The position numbers and the translations under genes were made by a program. Positions 48,069-56,325 of a DNA stretch of 59,911 nt are shown here, piece by piece. Source of the stretch: Patescibacteria group bacterium (GTDB lineage: Bacteria > Patescibacteriota > Minisyncoccia > Minisyncoccales > CAZWNE01); assembly GCA_038078735.1 (NCBI GenBank), contig JBBTTI010000029.1, positions 1-59,911 of the forward strand, read 5' to 3'. The first letter of the stretch is position 1. Every line of letters begins with the position of its first letter. The notes beneath the pieces are model-generated. The model was not told the DNA's origin. It ran no database searches and saw only the letters and a program-made list of their open reading frames with translations.

Positions 48069-48097
48069 ATTCTACCCGATAAAAACTATCTCGTCAA
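48069..48097 (-). promoter_or_regulatory. promoter of the tRNA-Ser(GCT)-led operon
   Basis: Minus strand: TTGACG (48097-48092), 17 nt, TAGAAT (48074-48069), 9 nt, tRNA 5' end. Confidence 0.6.
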
Positions 48098-48126
48098 TTG
48101 AAAATTAAGCGATTTTGTGATAAATT
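48098..48126 (+). promoter_or_regulatory. promoter of the tRNA-Arg/recG unit
   Basis: TTGAAA (48098-48103), 17 nt ending in tgtga, TAAATT (48121-48126), 10 nt, tRNA 5' end. Its -35 abuts the divergent -35. Confidence 0.6.
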
Positions 48127-48136
48127 TAAACATATT

Positions 48137-48209
48137 GCGCCCGTAGTTTAGTGGATAAAGCGCTGGGTTGCGGACCCAGAGAACGCAGGTTCGAATCCTG
48201 CCGGGCGCA
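48137..48209 (+). tRNA. tRNA-Arg (anticodon GCG), no encoded CCA
   Basis: Acceptor GCGCCCG/CGGGCGC. Anticodon stem CTGGG/CCCAG with loop TTGCGGA. T-loop GCAGG-TTCGAAT-CCTGC. Discriminator A at 48209. Confidence 0.85.
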
Positions 48210-48214
48210 CTTCT

Positions 48215-50305
48215 ATGGATCTCCAAACGCCAATTGAACAAATTTCTCGAGTGGGACCCGCCTATCAAAAAAGATTAAAAAATCTGGGGATACAAACCGT
48301 CGGGGATCTTCTGTTCCATTTTCCTCACCGCTATGAAGATTTTTCAAATTTAATTCCTATTTCTCAAACTGAAGAAGGTGGACCGTTTTCCGTCCAAGGA
48401 AAAATTGCCGACATAAAAATGTTCAGGGCTTTTAGAAGAAAAATGATGCTGACCCAAGCAACCATTGAAGATGAAACCGGCAAAATAAAAGCTCTCTGGT
48501 TTAACCAGCCGTATCTGGTAAACACTTTGAAAAAAGGAACCTTAGTTTGTTTGGCCGGGAAAGTAAAAGGAAAAAAAAGCTCAAAATATTTCTCTTCACC
48601 GGCATACGAGAAGATTGACCAAACTACGAACTATAAACTACCAACTACAAACTTAACCCACACGGGTCGGTTGGTGCCGATTTATCCGGAAACCGAAGGT
48701 CTCTCCTCAAAATGGTTAAGATTTATCGTAAAACCTCTGCTCTCACAACAAAAAAATATCCCCGAATCTTTGCCCGAAAATATAATAAAAAAATATGGCT
48801 TTTTGCCGATTAGAAAAGCTATTCAACAAATACACTTTCCCGATTCTTTTAAAGAGGCTGAATTGGCGAGAAAAAGATTCGCCTTTGAAGAACTGTTCAA
48901 TCTGGCTATTTTTGTTTTGCGGGAAAGATTAAAATTAGCCAAAGAAAAAGCTAAGGCCATACCTATAAACTTAGACTTGATGAAAGAATTTACCGCTAAT
49001 CTTCCGTTTAAATTAACCGATGCCCAGAAAAAATCGGTTTGGCAAATTTTAAAAGATATGGAAAAACCGAGGCCGATGAACCGGCTTTTGGAAGGAGACG
49101 TCGGTTCGGGCAAAACAGTTGTTGCCGCTATGGCTGCCCTGAATGTAGTGAAAAACGGCCAGCAAGTTGCTTTCTTGGCGCCAACAGAGATTCTCGCCAA
49201 TCAGCATTTTCAAAAGCTTTCTGAACTTTTAAAAAACTTTAATCTGAAAATCGGCCTTTTGGCCGGCCGCAAAAAAACCCTTCGACAGGCTCAGGGCGAG
49301 TCTCAATTTGATATTTTAATCGGAACCCATGCTTTGCTTCAAGATAAAGTAAAATTCGAAAAATTGGCGTTAGTGATTATTGACGAGCAGCACAGATTCG
49401 GAACAGAACAAAGAGCTAAGCTTTTCCGCCAAAAAGACTTCATCCCCCATTTGCTTTCAATGACAGCTACTCCCATACCCAGAACATTGTCTTTAACAGT
49501 CTATGGCGATTTGGATTTGTCGGTTATAGACGAATTGCCAAAAGGTAGAAAAAAAATAATTACCAAAATAATCCGACCGAAAGATAAAAAAGCAACTTAT
49601 GAATTTATAAGGCAGCAGGTTAAAGAAGGAAGACAGGCTTTTGCCATCTGCCCTCGTATTGAGCCGCCTAAAGCCACCCCGGAACAATTGCTCGATGCGA
49701 GAAGCTTGTCATGGATGGACGTCAAAGCGGTCAAGCAAGAATATGAAAAACTTTCAAAAGAAATATTCCCCGATTTGAGAATCGGCATGCTCCACGGAAA
49801 AATGAAGTCTCAAGAAAAAGAAAACGCAATGCAAGAATTCAAAGAAAAAATAATAGATGTTCTTGTTTCAACGTCAGTGGTTGAAGTGGGAGTGGATATT
49901 CCCAACGCCTCGGTGATGATGATTGAAGGTTCAGAAAAATTCGGTTTAGCCCAGCTTCACCAGTTCCGCGGCCGGGTGGGCAGGGCCGAACACCAGTCTT
50001 ATTGTTTTTTATTCGTTGATACGCCGGGTGTAATTTATAACAGAAGATTAAAAGCTTTAATCACTTGCGAAAACGGTTTTGAACTGGCGGAAAAAGATTT
50101 GCAAATCAGAGGCCCCGGCGATTTTACCGGCCAGCGGCAATGGGGCATCCCCGATCTGGCTATGGCTTCTTTAAGCGATTCTGTTTTAGTTTCCAAAGCC
50201 CGCAACGAAGCTAAGGAGATCCTGACCGAAGATCCGGAATTAAAAAAATACCCCGAGCTTTTGCAAAGAGCAGAACAATTCAAAACCAAAATCCACTTGG
50301 AATAA
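48215..50305 (+). CDS. recG: ATP-dependent DNA helicase RecG
   Basis: Wedge/OB N-domain. Motif I GDVGSGKT. DEQHRFG. Motif VI QLHQFRGRVGR. TRG-like C-terminus. Confidence 0.95.
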   Translation: MDLQTPIEQISRVGPAYQKRLKNLGIQTVGDLLFHFPHRYEDFSNLIPISQTEEGGPFSVQGKIADIKMFRAFRRKMMLTQATIEDETGKIKALWFNQPYLVNTLKKGTLVCLAGKVKGKKSSKYFSSPAYEKIDQTTNYKLPTTNLTHTGRLVPIYPETEGLSSKWLRFIVKPLLSQQKNIPESLPENIIKKYGFLPIRKAIQQIHFPDSFKEAELARKRFAFEELFNLAIFVLRERLKLAKEKAKAIPINLDLMKEFTANLPFKLTDAQKKSVWQILKDMEKPRPMNRLLEGDVGSGKTVVAAMAALNVVKNGQQVAFLAPTEILANQHFQKLSELLKNFNLKIGLLAGRKKTLRQAQGESQFDILIGTHALLQDKVKFEKLALVIIDEQHRFGTEQRAKLFRQKDFIPHLLSMTATPIPRTLSLTVYGDLDLSVIDELPKGRKKIITKIIRPKDKKATYEFIRQQVKEGRQAFAICPRIEPPKATPEQLLDARSLSWMDVKAVKQEYEKLSKEIFPDLRIGMLHGKMKSQEKENAMQEFKEKIIDVLVSTSVVEVGVDIPNASVMMIEGSEKFGLAQLHQFRGRVGRAEHQSYCFLFVDTPGVIYNRRLKALITCENGFELAEKDLQIRGPGDFTGQRQWGIPDLAMASLSDSVLVSKARNEAKEILTEDPELKKYPELLQRAEQFKTKIHLE
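49278..49300. repeat. 23-nt element shared with comF (44941-44964)
   Basis: cccttcgacaggctcagggcgag. Read here as TLRQAQGE. Confidence 0.5.
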
Positions 50306-50330
50306 GCGATGAGAGGCCTTACCTCTCATC
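50306..50330 (+). repeat. GCGATGAG-type hairpin (e)
   Basis: gc-GATGAGAGG-cctta-CCTCTCATC. Begins directly after the recG stop. A second hairpin gtttttac-ttc-gtaaaaac lies at 50342-50360. Confidence 0.6.
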
Positions 50331-50381
50331 TAGGACCCTGCGTTTTTACTTCGTAAAAACTTGGGTGAATAAATTTAAAAA

Positions 50382-51131
50382 TTATAGGCGAGAAAGAAGC
50401 TGGTTGATATCAATACCGCCCTTTTTTATTTTAGTAAAATCAATTAGGCTTTGTTTTATTAATCCGTCAATCCAACCCTTAATCTTAAAAAAATTCTGGC
50501 GGCCGGGGACGTTCAATTTTAACGTCCCATAAGGAAGCGAATTGAAATGACGCTTTCCTTTACTGGCTCTGCTCGTTTGATAGGTAACGCGAAAGCGCTC
50601 CTTAGAAATATTGCAAGTTTTGGCCCAAAAATCAATGGCTGATTTTGGTTCAATATTGTGATGGACTTGAACAATCGGTCGCAGTTTTTCTTCTGGAATT
50701 TTCATAATTTCTATCAAAAAATTAATAAATAAAACCACCATATCTGGATTTGAATTGCCAAAACTGATAAAAGGACTTGGAAATTTATCTTGCCTGTTAT
50801 ATCCTTCCGCCCAATACAAAGCGGCGCCAACCAACAATAACTCGTATTGCGATAATGGCTTAATTTCGCCTGTAGCAATTTGTCTTACTTTTTTATTTTC
50901 AATTTGGATAGCTTCCGTACGCCGCCGATTATTTTTGAATAAACCGCGCTGTCGGGCAAGTCTAATTTTTCCTTCAAGTAGTTTTTGCGCAGCTGCGGAA
51001 AGTTTTAACCCTTTAAACCAATAGCTCAAAGTCCCCTTTGAGGTTAGATTTAATTTTTTTAGAATCTCGCCGTAGCTTTTTCCCTGCCTTCGCAACGCAA
51101 AAGCTTTTTGGCGTAAAGAATTTTGTACCAT
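50382..51131 (-). CDS. HTH-domain protein of unknown function (possible LAGLIDADG-like fold)
   Basis: N-terminal RRQGKSYGEILKKLNLTSKGTLSYW is HTH-like. LLVGAALYWAEGY is reminiscent of LAGLIDADG-type motifs. Weak call. Confidence 0.35.
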   Translation of the reverse strand: MVQNSLRQKAFALRRQGKSYGEILKKLNLTSKGTLSYWFKGLKLSAAAQKLLEGKIRLARQRGLFKNNRRRTEAIQIENKKVRQIATGEIKPLSQYELLLVGAALYWAEGYNRQDKFPSPFISFGNSNPDMVVLFINFLIEIMKIPEEKLRPIVQVHHNIEPKSAIDFWAKTCNISKERFRVTYQTSRASKGKRHFNSLPYGTLKLNVPGRQNFFKIKGWIDGLIKQSLIDFTKIKKGGIDINQLLSRL

Positions 51132-51172
51132 TGTATATATTCTATATTATACCACGCAATGGTACAGGATAG

Positions 51173-51247
51173 TAGCCCCGACGAGATTTGAACTCGTGTT
51201 ACTTCCTTGAAAAGGAAATGTCCTAGACCAGGCTAGACGACGGGGCC
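51173..51247 (-). tRNA. tRNA-Glu (anticodon TTC)
   Basis: Acceptor GGCCCCG/CGGGGCT. Anticodon loop TTTTCAA. T-loop CGAG-TTCAAAT-CTCG. Discriminator A. Confidence 0.9.
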
Positions 51248-51283
51248 AAAATTCTCTTTAATTCTTTAATTTTAGCGGAAATT

Positions 51284-53368
51284 ATGATAAATGTAAAGAA
51301 TATGAAAGAAATGCCGATAGCCTATGATCCGAAGCAGGTGGAAGATAAAATCTACGCTCTCTGGGAAAAGAGCGGTTTTTTCAAACCCACCGGAAAGGGG
51401 AAGCCTTTTACTATTATAATGCCGCCGACCAATGCCAATGGTTCTTTGCATGCCGGACATGGCTTGGTTTTAACAATTGAAGATATAATGACTCGCTATA
51501 AAAGAATGCGAGGATTTAAAACTTTATGGCTGCCGGGACTGGACCATGCCGGATTTGAAACTCAAGTGGTTTACGAAAAAAAATTGGAAAAAGAAGGCAG
51601 GTCAAGATTCCAAATGAAACCGGAGGAACTATATAAAGAAATTTGGGATTTTACCCAAGAAAACAAAAAAAATATTGAAGGCCAGGCAAAAAAAATGGGA
51701 TCTTCCTGCGATTGGTCTCGCGAAAAATTCACTCTGGATCCTGATATCGTCAAAACGGTATATGATACTTTTCAAAAATTATACGACGATGGTTTAGTTT
51801 ATCGGGGCCGGAGAATTATAAATTGGTGTTCCAAACATCAGACCTCTCTTTCCGATTTGGAAACAACCGACATTGAACAAACCGATAAATTTTATTATTT
51901 AAAATATGGGCCGTTCACTATTGCCACAGCTAGGCCTGAAACAAAATTTGGCGATAAATATGTAGTGGTGCATCCTGACGATAAAAGATACCAAGATTAT
52001 AAACACGGCCAAAAAATAGAGTTGGAATGGATAAACGGGAAAATAACGGCCACGATTATAAAAGATAAAGTTATAGACATGGATTTTGGGACAGGCGCCA
52101 TGACTATCACTCCTTGGCACGACGCGATTGATTTTGAGATTGCCCAATGCCACAATTTAGATAAAGAACAAATCATAGATGAAAGAGGCAAACTTTTACC
52201 TATCGCCGGAGAGTTCGCCGGTTTGAAAATTTTAGAAGCTAGGCCAAAAATTATTGAAAAACTCCAAGCTAAAGGTTTGGTGGTCAAAATTGAAGAAAAC
52301 TATAAGCATATTGTCAAAATCTGCTATAAATGCGGAACCTTGATTGAGCCGCAAATCAAAGACCAATGGTTTATTAAAATGAAAACTTTGGCAGAGCCTG
52401 CCATTAAAGCCATTAAAGCCAATAAAATTAAATTTATTCCGGAGCATTATAAAAAGATATCTCTGCATTGGCTAAAGAATATTCTTGACTGGAATATCTC
52501 GCGTCAAATTGTTTGGGGAATACCTATCCCTGCGTGGTTTAAAAATGGCGAAGCAAAAATTAGCAATGCGTCACCAGGCGAAGGATGGGAGAAAGACCCT
52601 GACACTTTTGACACTTGGTTTTCTTCCGGCCAATGGCCTTTCGCTGCGCTCAAGGCGTGCCGCCCTAAATATTTTGAAACATTTTACCCGACGGATGTAA
52701 TGGAAACCGCCGGGGAAATTATCTTTTTCTGGGTAGTCAGAATGATTATGCTTGGACTTTATACCGCTAAAAAAATTCCTTTTAAAAACGTCTATCTGCA
52801 CGGATTAGTTTTGGATGCTAAAGGACAAAAAATGTCCAAATCCCGAGGCAATGTTATTAATCCTTTAGACTTGACCGATAAATATGGAACCGATGCTCTA
52901 AGAATCGGATTGATTGTGGGTAATACACCGGGGACCTCTTTGGCTCTAGACGAAAACCGCATTAGGGGCTACCGCAATTTTTCCAATAAAATTTGGAACG
53001 CCACCCGTTTTGTGCTGACGAATGCGAGAAATCCGATTTCCCGAAAATCCGATAATAGGAAATCGGATTTCAAAATATCGAAAGATTTAAATAAATTAGT
53101 AAAAGATATTACTAAATTAATGGATTCTTTCAAATTTTACGCCGCCGCGGAGAAAATATATCATTATTTCTGGCACGATTTTTGCGATAAAATTATTGAA
53201 GATTATAAAAAAGGCAAAATATCGCAATCTACGCTTTTGGAAATTTTGAAAATCAACCTCAAGCTTCTCCATCCTTTTATGCCGTTTATAACCGAGGAAA
53301 TATACACAAACTTGCTGCCTAAATGGCCGGGTAAAAAATTGCTAATAGCCGAATCTTGGCCAGAATAG
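51284..53368 (+). CDS. valS: valine--tRNA ligase, short form (694 aa)
   Basis: HIGH-type motif PPTNANGSLHAGH. Editing-domain motifs TARPETKFGD and GTGAMTITPWHDAIDF. KMSKS motif. Only about 170 aa follow KMSKS. Confidence 0.95.
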   Translation: MINVKNMKEMPIAYDPKQVEDKIYALWEKSGFFKPTGKGKPFTIIMPPTNANGSLHAGHGLVLTIEDIMTRYKRMRGFKTLWLPGLDHAGFETQVVYEKKLEKEGRSRFQMKPEELYKEIWDFTQENKKNIEGQAKKMGSSCDWSREKFTLDPDIVKTVYDTFQKLYDDGLVYRGRRIINWCSKHQTSLSDLETTDIEQTDKFYYLKYGPFTIATARPETKFGDKYVVVHPDDKRYQDYKHGQKIELEWINGKITATIIKDKVIDMDFGTGAMTITPWHDAIDFEIAQCHNLDKEQIIDERGKLLPIAGEFAGLKILEARPKIIEKLQAKGLVVKIEENYKHIVKICYKCGTLIEPQIKDQWFIKMKTLAEPAIKAIKANKIKFIPEHYKKISLHWLKNILDWNISRQIVWGIPIPAWFKNGEAKISNASPGEGWEKDPDTFDTWFSSGQWPFAALKACRPKYFETFYPTDVMETAGEIIFFWVVRMIMLGLYTAKKIPFKNVYLHGLVLDAKGQKMSKSRGNVINPLDLTDKYGTDALRIGLIVGNTPGTSLALDENRIRGYRNFSNKIWNATRFVLTNARNPISRKSDNRKSDFKISKDLNKLVKDITKLMDSFKFYAAAEKIYHYFWHDFCDKIIEDYKKGKISQSTLLEILKINLKLLHPFMPFITEEIYTNLLPKWPGKKLLIAESWPE
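53029..53072. repeat. inverted repeat embedded in frame in valS
   Basis: gaaatccgattt-20 nt-aaatcggatttc. The spacer contains a further aaatccgat copy. Encodes RNPISRKSDNRKSDFK. Confidence 0.6.
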
Positions 53369-53374
53369 AAACTT

Positions 53375-53410
53375 AGAAGCTTAGCTTCTAAGTGAAGAAG
53401 CTAAGCTTCT
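53375..53410. repeat. nested palindrome h2
   Basis: agaagcttagcttct-aagtga-agaagctaagcttct. Same arms as h1, with the loop inverted plus 1 nt. Lies just after the valS stop. Confidence 0.9.
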
Positions 53411-53425
53411 TAAAAAAATTAACCG

Positions 53426-54133
53426 ATGTCTTACCCTCTTTATATAATTTTTGGAGTCATCCCTAGCATTATCTGGCTGCTTTTTTATTTAAAAAAAGAT
53501 GTCCACCCTGAATCCAACCGAATGGTTTTAAAAATTTTCTTTATGGGAATGCTTGTGGCAGTACCGGCGGTATTTCTGGAAATTGGAATTTTTAAGACAT
53601 TTGACGCATTCAATCTGCCGCCGCTTTTACTGGCAATTTTAAATACCTTTGTCGGCGTGGCCTTAGTGGAAGAACTTTTAAAATATCTGGTAGTCCGAAA
53701 TCAGGTATTATCACACAAAGAATACGACGAACCGATTGACGCCATGCTTTATATGATAATTGCGGCTTTGGGATTTGCCGCCTTGGAAAATATCTTGATT
53801 TTATTTCAGCTTGGTCCCGGATTTTTATGGGGAAAAACATTAGAACTTTCAATTTTCAGATTTGTTGGAGCCACTTTTTTACATACTTTAGCCTCGGGCA
53901 CTGTCGGCTATTTTCTTTCTCTTTCTTTTTATAAAAAAATTGACGGGGCAAAATTTGTTGCTTTGGGTCTGTTAATGGCTACCATCTTGCATGGATTTTA
54001 TAATTTCTTTATTATGAAAGGGCAAGGGAATTTAAAAGTCTTCATCCCTTTAATCATTTTAACAAGCCTGGCTATTTTCACTTCTTTGGCTTTCAAGAAC
54101 TTGCAAAAAATATCCAAAGCTAATACAATATAG
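53426..54133 (+). CDS. PrsW-family intramembrane protease
   Basis: Multi-TM protein. VEELLKYLVV (EExxK) and HGFYNF motifs. Confidence 0.7.
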   Translation: MSYPLYIIFGVIPSIIWLLFYLKKDVHPESNRMVLKIFFMGMLVAVPAVFLEIGIFKTFDAFNLPPLLLAILNTFVGVALVEELLKYLVVRNQVLSHKEYDEPIDAMLYMIIAALGFAALENILILFQLGPGFLWGKTLELSIFRFVGATFLHTLASGTVGYFLSLSFYKKIDGAKFVALGLLMATILHGFYNFFIMKGQGNLKVFIPLIILTSLAIFTSLAFKNLQKISKANTI

Positions 54134-54135
54134 GC

Positions 54136-54693
54136 ATGGCATCATTTTTTGAAAAATTAAAAAAGGGAATGGGAGTAGAAGCGGTAGAGCAAAAAGAAGA
54201 AGAATCTATCCAAAAGCCAAAAAGAAAGAGGCAAATAAAAACAGCCTCTCTTGAGATAGAACCGCCTCAAGTGCTAAAAATAGAAACAACTCCGATAAAA
54301 ACAACTCCGATAGAAATTCGCCCTGAAATTCCCGTTGCGGTTAACAAGAAAGACTGGTTTGAAGAACCGGCCGGACAATTGGCTATTGATGTTTTCCAAA
54401 CGGAACGGGATTTAATCATTCAAACCGCTATTGCCGGAATTAAGCCGGAAAACTTAGAAGTGACTGTAGAAAGAGACATTGTGGCCATTAGAGGCATCCG
54501 CCAGAAACCTTCTGAAGAAAATGGCGACTATTTCGCTAAAGAATGTTATTGGGGGCCCTTTACCAGAGAAGTAATTCTGCCGGTGGAAATAGACCCCGAC
54601 CGAGTCAAGGCCATGATGCAAGAAGGCATTTTAACGGTTAAAATGCCTAAAATCTTAAGGGAGAAAAAAAGAATTATCACGGTCAACGTTTAA
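54136..54693 (+). CDS. Hsp20/alpha-crystallin small heat-shock protein with an N-terminal extension
   Basis: LAIDVFQTERDLIIQTAIAGIKPENLEVTVERDIVAIRG...FTREVILPVEIDPDRVKAMMQEGILTVKMPK. Confidence 0.9.
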   Translation: MASFFEKLKKGMGVEAVEQKEEESIQKPKRKRQIKTASLEIEPPQVLKIETTPIKTTPIEIRPEIPVAVNKKDWFEEPAGQLAIDVFQTERDLIIQTAIAGIKPENLEVTVERDIVAIRGIRQKPSEENGDYFAKECYWGPFTREVILPVEIDPDRVKAMMQEGILTVKMPKILREKKRIITVNV

Positions 54694-55200
54694 TATAGAC
54701 AAATAATGTCTCGCGCATAATAACTTTTTGAATTGGCCGCCAGGTTGGAAAATTTGAGGTATTCGTTATGACAATTGCTCCCGGTTTCAACTCATTTTGC
54801 AATTTCTTTTCCAGCGGAGGCATTAAATCATACCAAAGATAAGTATAAACAATATCAGCCGAACTTAAATCAGCATCAAAAATATTTTGCTTTCTAAAAT
54901 TAATTTTTTTGATTTAAGCTTGGCAAAAAAAATTCTGATTGCGCTGTTATCTATGCCGTATATCTCAAGGCCCGGCAGCGCTTTTTTTATAGCCAAGCAA
55001 AGAGCGCCGTGGCCGCACCCTAAATCATAAAAATTTTCAGCGTCCGGCTTGTATTGTTTTATCACTTTAATCAGCGCCCGCGTTGCTCGCTTGCTGCTAG
55101 GCAAATCATGGCGCCGTATCAGAATATCAAGGGCAAAAACCAAAAATAAAATCGCAAAAATAACGAATATAAATAATGCAACGCAAATTAAAACAATCAT
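54683..55200 (-). pseudogene. class I SAM-dependent methyltransferase split by a frameshift in a homopolymer run
   Basis: The 55200-54865 frame gives FYDLGCGHGALCLAI...IYGIDNS (motif I and post-I). After the run of 7 T (plus strand 54904-54910) the sense continues in another frame (INFRKQNIFDADLSSADIVYTYLWYDLMPPLEKKL...VITN...) to a stop at 54683. Confidence 0.6.
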
Positions 55201-56318
55201 AAATAATATTTAAAAAATAAATCAGCTAGCGCTTTGGCCACGTTCTGGGGCGCGCCGGAATATGGGAAATGGTGTAATTCAATGCAAGGAGCGCCGTTCA
55301 GCTCAATAATAGCGCACTCTTGCTCCTTGTAAGAACGTGAAATATCTCGAGCTAAAAAATCTATTCCCACGACTCTGATATTAAAAAATTTAGCCACTTG
55401 GCGGAAAAGATTGCGATTATCAGGGTGGACTTCCGGCGTCATTTCAATTAAATCGCCGCCTAATTTAAGAAACGGATCCTGTTGCAAAAAAACAACCTCG
55501 CCCCTTTTCGGCACATTTAAAAAGTCTGTCGTTTCATTTTCAACTATTTTTTGATGCGGTTCGCCTCGATTGGGATCGCTATTTTTTTTATCAATTAATT
55601 CGCGGATTGTCACCATGCCGTCGCCAACAACATTTGCCGGCACTTGTTTGACGCAAGCAACATAATCAAAGTTAATAACCGTTGCCCGATAAACAAATGC
55701 CCGAGAAATAAATTTTTCAATAATAAACGCCGGCGAATAAATTGTAGCCCATTCAACCGCTTTTTTTAATTTTTCAAGAGTTTGGATATCCGTAGTAACG
55801 TGCCGGCTGACGGAACCATTGCGCGGCTTTACTACCAGAGGAAAACCAATTTTTTCCATTGCGAAGTCGCAAGCTTTTTTCTTTTGCCAAAACCAAAAAG
55901 ACTTGCCTTCGGCGATTGGAAAGTTGCCCTTTCGCAGATATAATTTTGTTTTCTCTTTATCGTCAACGACCCAAGCATTGTCTGCGAATGGCAAATTTTC
56001 AAATCGGATAATTTTGCCGCCCATTTCAACGCGGAAATAATTTGTATAACCGGCCGGACCGCGCAAGGCTTTGACCATTGCTCCCCGTTTTTTAAGCTCT
56101 TCTATAAAACAAGCGCTCCGCATTTGAATATCGGAGCCGGTGAAATCGCTTCTTAACGAAGCCAGCCCGAAAAAAATAAAAATTTTCTCCAATAAAGAAT
56201 CGAAAAATAATTCAAATTTTTTAGGTAAAATTAGGCGCGGTAGAAAACGGCTTGTCAATTCGTCCAGCCATGTTTGGAGATGACAATAAAACGGCCTTCC
56301 GCAATCTTGACAAAACAT
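55197..56318 (-). CDS. stand-alone ATP-grasp enzyme resembling the cyanophycin-synthetase N-terminal / RimK-type domain
   Basis: FPLVVKPRNGSVSRHV...VVGDGMVTIRELIDKKNSDPNRGEPH...VVGIDFLARDIS...AIIELNGAPCIELH. Confidence 0.65.
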   Translation of the reverse strand: MFCQDCGRPFYCHLQTWLDELTSRFLPRLILPKKFELFFDSLLEKIFIFFGLASLRSDFTGSDIQMRSACFIEELKKRGAMVKALRGPAGYTNYFRVEMGGKIIRFENLPFADNAWVVDDKEKTKLYLRKGNFPIAEGKSFWFWQKKKACDFAMEKIGFPLVVKPRNGSVSRHVTTDIQTLEKLKKAVEWATIYSPAFIIEKFISRAFVYRATVINFDYVACVKQVPANVVGDGMVTIRELIDKKNSDPNRGEPHQKIVENETTDFLNVPKRGEVVFLQQDPFLKLGGDLIEMTPEVHPDNRNLFRQVAKFFNIRVVGIDFLARDISRSYKEQECAIIELNGAPCIELHHFPYSGAPQNVAKALADLFFKYYL

Positions 56319-56325
56319 AGTGCTG

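Noticed and set aside
48086-48268. 60-aa minus-strand ORF
   Set aside because: It lies across the tRNA-Arg gene and the recG start, so it is an artefact of ORF calling.
51272-51460. 62-aa minus-strand ORF
   Set aside because: It is antisense to the conserved N-terminus of valS.
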